NCBI GenBank assembly: GCA_040954595.2
Contig: CM082593.2
Location: forward strand, 8,096,043 to 8,160,042
Reading direction: 5' to 3'
Origin: Balanoglossus misakiensis
Lineage: Eukaryota; Animalia; Hemichordata
DNA: 64,000 nt
This document shows positions 62,001 to 64,000 of this stretch, piece by piece. A model generated the notes under the pieces. It saw only the letters and a program-made list of their open reading frames with translations, made no database searches and was not told where the DNA came from. The translations under genes were made by a program, and so were the position numbers. The first letter of the stretch is position 1, and the number at the start of each line of letters is the position of its first letter.

Positions 62001-63840
62001 GCTTCAAGACTATGATACTTACCTAACAATGAAATCACACCTAGCCTCTGACATAATTCTTTTTTCCGACATTATATGTTCTTGTTGTCGGGTTTCTACA
62101 ATGTGTTTCTTCTTCAGCTGTTTTAGTGCAAATGTCCTCACATTGTCACCACGAATGTTAACCTGAATCAATTTGACAAGTGTAGAAAATTACTGATCCC
62201 TACCCATTTTTTCAATCTCAAAAAATATAGCGTCATTTAAAGGTGGCGATCATCTGTGTGCATGTGCAAAACGAGACTCTGGTTACAAAAATTATATACA
62301 GTCAATATGCCATAAGGCAGTGTGCTGTCCTAACAACAGACAAGATGGCGGTGACCATAGTCTGTGTCGGAGATCAGGAGAAACAGCAGATTTGGTGAAA
62401 AGAAGGGTCAAAAGTAAAGTCTACTTATACGGTGCGCATGAAATGTGGAAGGAAGTGAATTAAGGCAGTCCACTATTTGAATGCGTCGAACCCAAAACAG
62501 AACATTTGGATTGGACGTAATGTTTGTACACATGAAGTTACGCACATGCGCATAAGACAATCGTCGGCCCTTAAACACTGTTCATTGATATAAATTTATT
62601 CATCAGAACGCAGGTCAATTGTCAGTACATGCCAAATTTGAATTCAACAATATCACTTGCACTTACTAATTCTACTCTGCCAAAGCCACCAACTCCTAGT
62701 GTTGCAACTATCTTCAAATCAGACACTTTGAGATCAGCAAATTCTGAATCAACACTGCAAAAGAAAACAAAATAGTTAAGGACTCTGTGCTGCCATTTGA
62801 TTCAAGTTCATTCAACAGTGCCAAGTACAAGCCATTATTTGCTTATATTTTGATCTCACCCTGATTAACCCTAACGCTACTGGGTGTCATAGCCAGTTAG
62901 AGTCTCAAGTCCATTAAAATAAGTATGTGCCATTTTTTTTCTTAAACATACATGTATTTTGACTGTCTTGACATGGCTCTCATACGTACTTAGACACACT
63001 TGGCAGTCTGAGCCCCCTGTAAAATGTACCAAATCACACTGGTTTGCACTGTATTGGTCTGAGGGTCTTGTATAGGCCCTACTGATTAACACACACTTGG
63101 CAGCGTAACAGGCCTGGGTGCCAGCATTCTAGGCACCCTGGAAATCAAACCAGTTTAAACCGACTTGCCAGCGGTAGGGTACATACACACACACACACAC
63201 ACACATACAGACAAAGACATACATGTACACTCTCTCACAGCTCTTCTTGCCATCCATGCAGGCTTATGGTCTGATTGCATGTGTGCCCGGCGAGAGGTTC
63301 GCTACCCAACACCATATGGGGCTTCTCGTTTTCTCAACGGTTGATGGCGTGTCAGTGAAGAGCCTTGTAGTGAACCATGGGCTGTGAGAGAGTCTAACAA
63401 AGACACTACTTACGCATTTCTAACATTGTCTCTATCAGCATCTCCTTTGGCACTGAGGCCATCTACAGTACTGGCAACTTGGAGGAAAGACCTGTAAAGC
63501 AAGTAAGTATGAACCATGTCAAACTCATGATGCAACTGCTATACAATTCATTGCCACAGACTAGGGACAGCAGTTTTCCGAAAATTACAACTGATATTTT
63601 GCAATTATAGCCTTCACACAATAACACATCAAACTTGTAAACTGAATTCGCTGTTTATGACGTTTCTTTTTCTGTAAAAAAAACCACACACACTGAAACA
63701 AGTGGCCCCTACAGCTCTGTTGTGATACTTTGCATTATAAGCAAAATACTTCAAAATGTACAACTTACTCTCTATCTATGACAAGGCAACTGACTCCTCC
63801 TTTGTCACTGGCTATGACACTGGCATTGCGGACATCTTCA
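58933..63840 (-). CDS. PRKG1: cGMP-dependent protein kinase (PKG I-like), 3' part: end of CNB-B, kinase domain and AGC C-tail; nine exons; 5' end outside the window
   Basis: Exons in transcript order: 63840-63769, 63491-63414, 62754-62667, 62162-62023, 61632-61401, 60891-60728, 60302-60117, 59435-59369, 59031-58933; all GT-AG and phase-consistent. Motifs: [72 protein letters not shown], and C-terminal SGWDRDF-stop. Confidence 0.97.
59060..59310. mobile_element. MITE family B fragment, last PKG intron
   Basis: Ends in GAGAGACTTTGTCCCTT; the same element yields the similar spurious ORFs 32988-33188 and 59060-59269. Confidence 0.78.
59369..59435 (-). CDS. PRKG1: PKG exon ([22 protein letters not shown])
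   Basis: AGC C-tail; ttacag/gtaagt boundaries. Confidence 0.96.
59768..60087. mobile_element. Harbinger-type MITE (TIR GGCCAAA...), PKG intron
   Basis: GGCCAAATAAAAAAAT...TTTTTATTTTGGCC flanked by TTA on both sides; related copy at 19810-20062. Confidence 0.85.
60117..60302 (-). CDS. PRKG1: PKG exon ([18 protein letters not shown]...DIQKHK)
   Basis: Lies within ORF 60113-60385; ttccag/gtaaga boundaries. Confidence 0.97.
60592..60683. mobile_element. MITE family C copy
   Basis: TTAACCCTGTCACCACCATGG...GGGGGTGAAAGGGTTA. Confidence 0.82.
60728..60891 (-). CDS. PRKG1: PKG exon ([28 protein letters not shown]...YELLTG)
   Basis: DFG and APE activation segment; tatcag/gtgagt boundaries. Confidence 0.97.
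61401..61632 (-). CDS. PRKG1: PKG exon ([16 protein letters not shown]...[19 protein letters not shown])
   Basis: Catalytic loop; lies within ORF 61350-61652; ttctag/gtaggt boundaries. Confidence 0.97.
62023..62162 (-). CDS. PRKG1: PKG exon ([47 protein letters not shown])
   Basis: Catalytic Lys (FALK) and alphaC; attcag/gtaagt boundaries. Confidence 0.96.
62667..62754 (-). CDS. PRKG1: PKG exon ([29 protein letters not shown])
   Basis: Gly-rich loop; ttgcag/gtaagt boundaries. Confidence 0.96.
63220..63396. mobile_element. Second copy of the 172-bp TAG...CTA element, PKG intron
   Basis: Colinear with the 56697 copy; flanked by ACAAAGACA at 63211-63219 and 63397-63405. Confidence 0.83.
63414..63491 (-). 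CDS. PRKG1: PKG exon, CNB-B alphaB/alphaC and linker ([26 protein letters not shown])
   Basis: Acceptor ttacag, donor gtaagt; 78 nt, phase-compatible with both neighbours. Confidence 0.87.
63769..63840 (-). CDS. PRKG1: PKG exon, CNB-B phosphate-binding cassette end ([24 protein letters not shown])
   Basis: Acceptor tcacag, donor gtaagt; aligns with PKG I EDVRTANVIA...CLVIDRD. Confidence 0.93.
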
Positions 63841-64000
63841 CTGTGAAGACAAACAAATACGGAAAATAATTAATGATCAGTTGCAGTGTCCAGTGGTTCT
63901 CTTGGCAACAGTGGGTACAGTTTGATTTAATCATCCATCCTTCCATCCCTCCATCCAAACGCTCACTCACTCGCCCATCCATCCACCAACCCCACTAAAC

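Overview
AT-rich animal genomic DNA, probably from a marine invertebrate (inferred from the repeat landscape and protein similarity). Two spliced genes converge tail-to-tail. On the + strand is a complete erlin (SPFH/prohibitin-family ER protein) gene: 12 coding exons from 23637 to 39273, 327 aa, including a 23-nt micro-exon, with a probable housekeeping promoter near 18300. On the - strand are the last nine exons of a cGMP-dependent protein kinase (PRKG1-like, 58933-63840), whose 5' part lies beyond the window. Between their 3' ends sits a ~12.4-kb, highly homogeneous 88-bp satellite array (~130 copies, 40670-53040) interrupted near its right end by an 813-bp PIF/Harbinger-type MITE. Introns and UTRs carry many short non-autonomous DNA elements with TA, TTA, TTAA and 9-bp target duplications, plus several microsatellites. 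The first ~18 kb has no recognisable protein-coding sequence. The most notable observations are: the PKG lacks two canonical cGMP-binding determinants of its second cyclic-nucleotide domain; the satellite is built from palindromes and has matching variant monomers at both edges; and TACATGTA is strongly enriched, possibly as transposon excision footprints. I found no convincing new multi-gene system.
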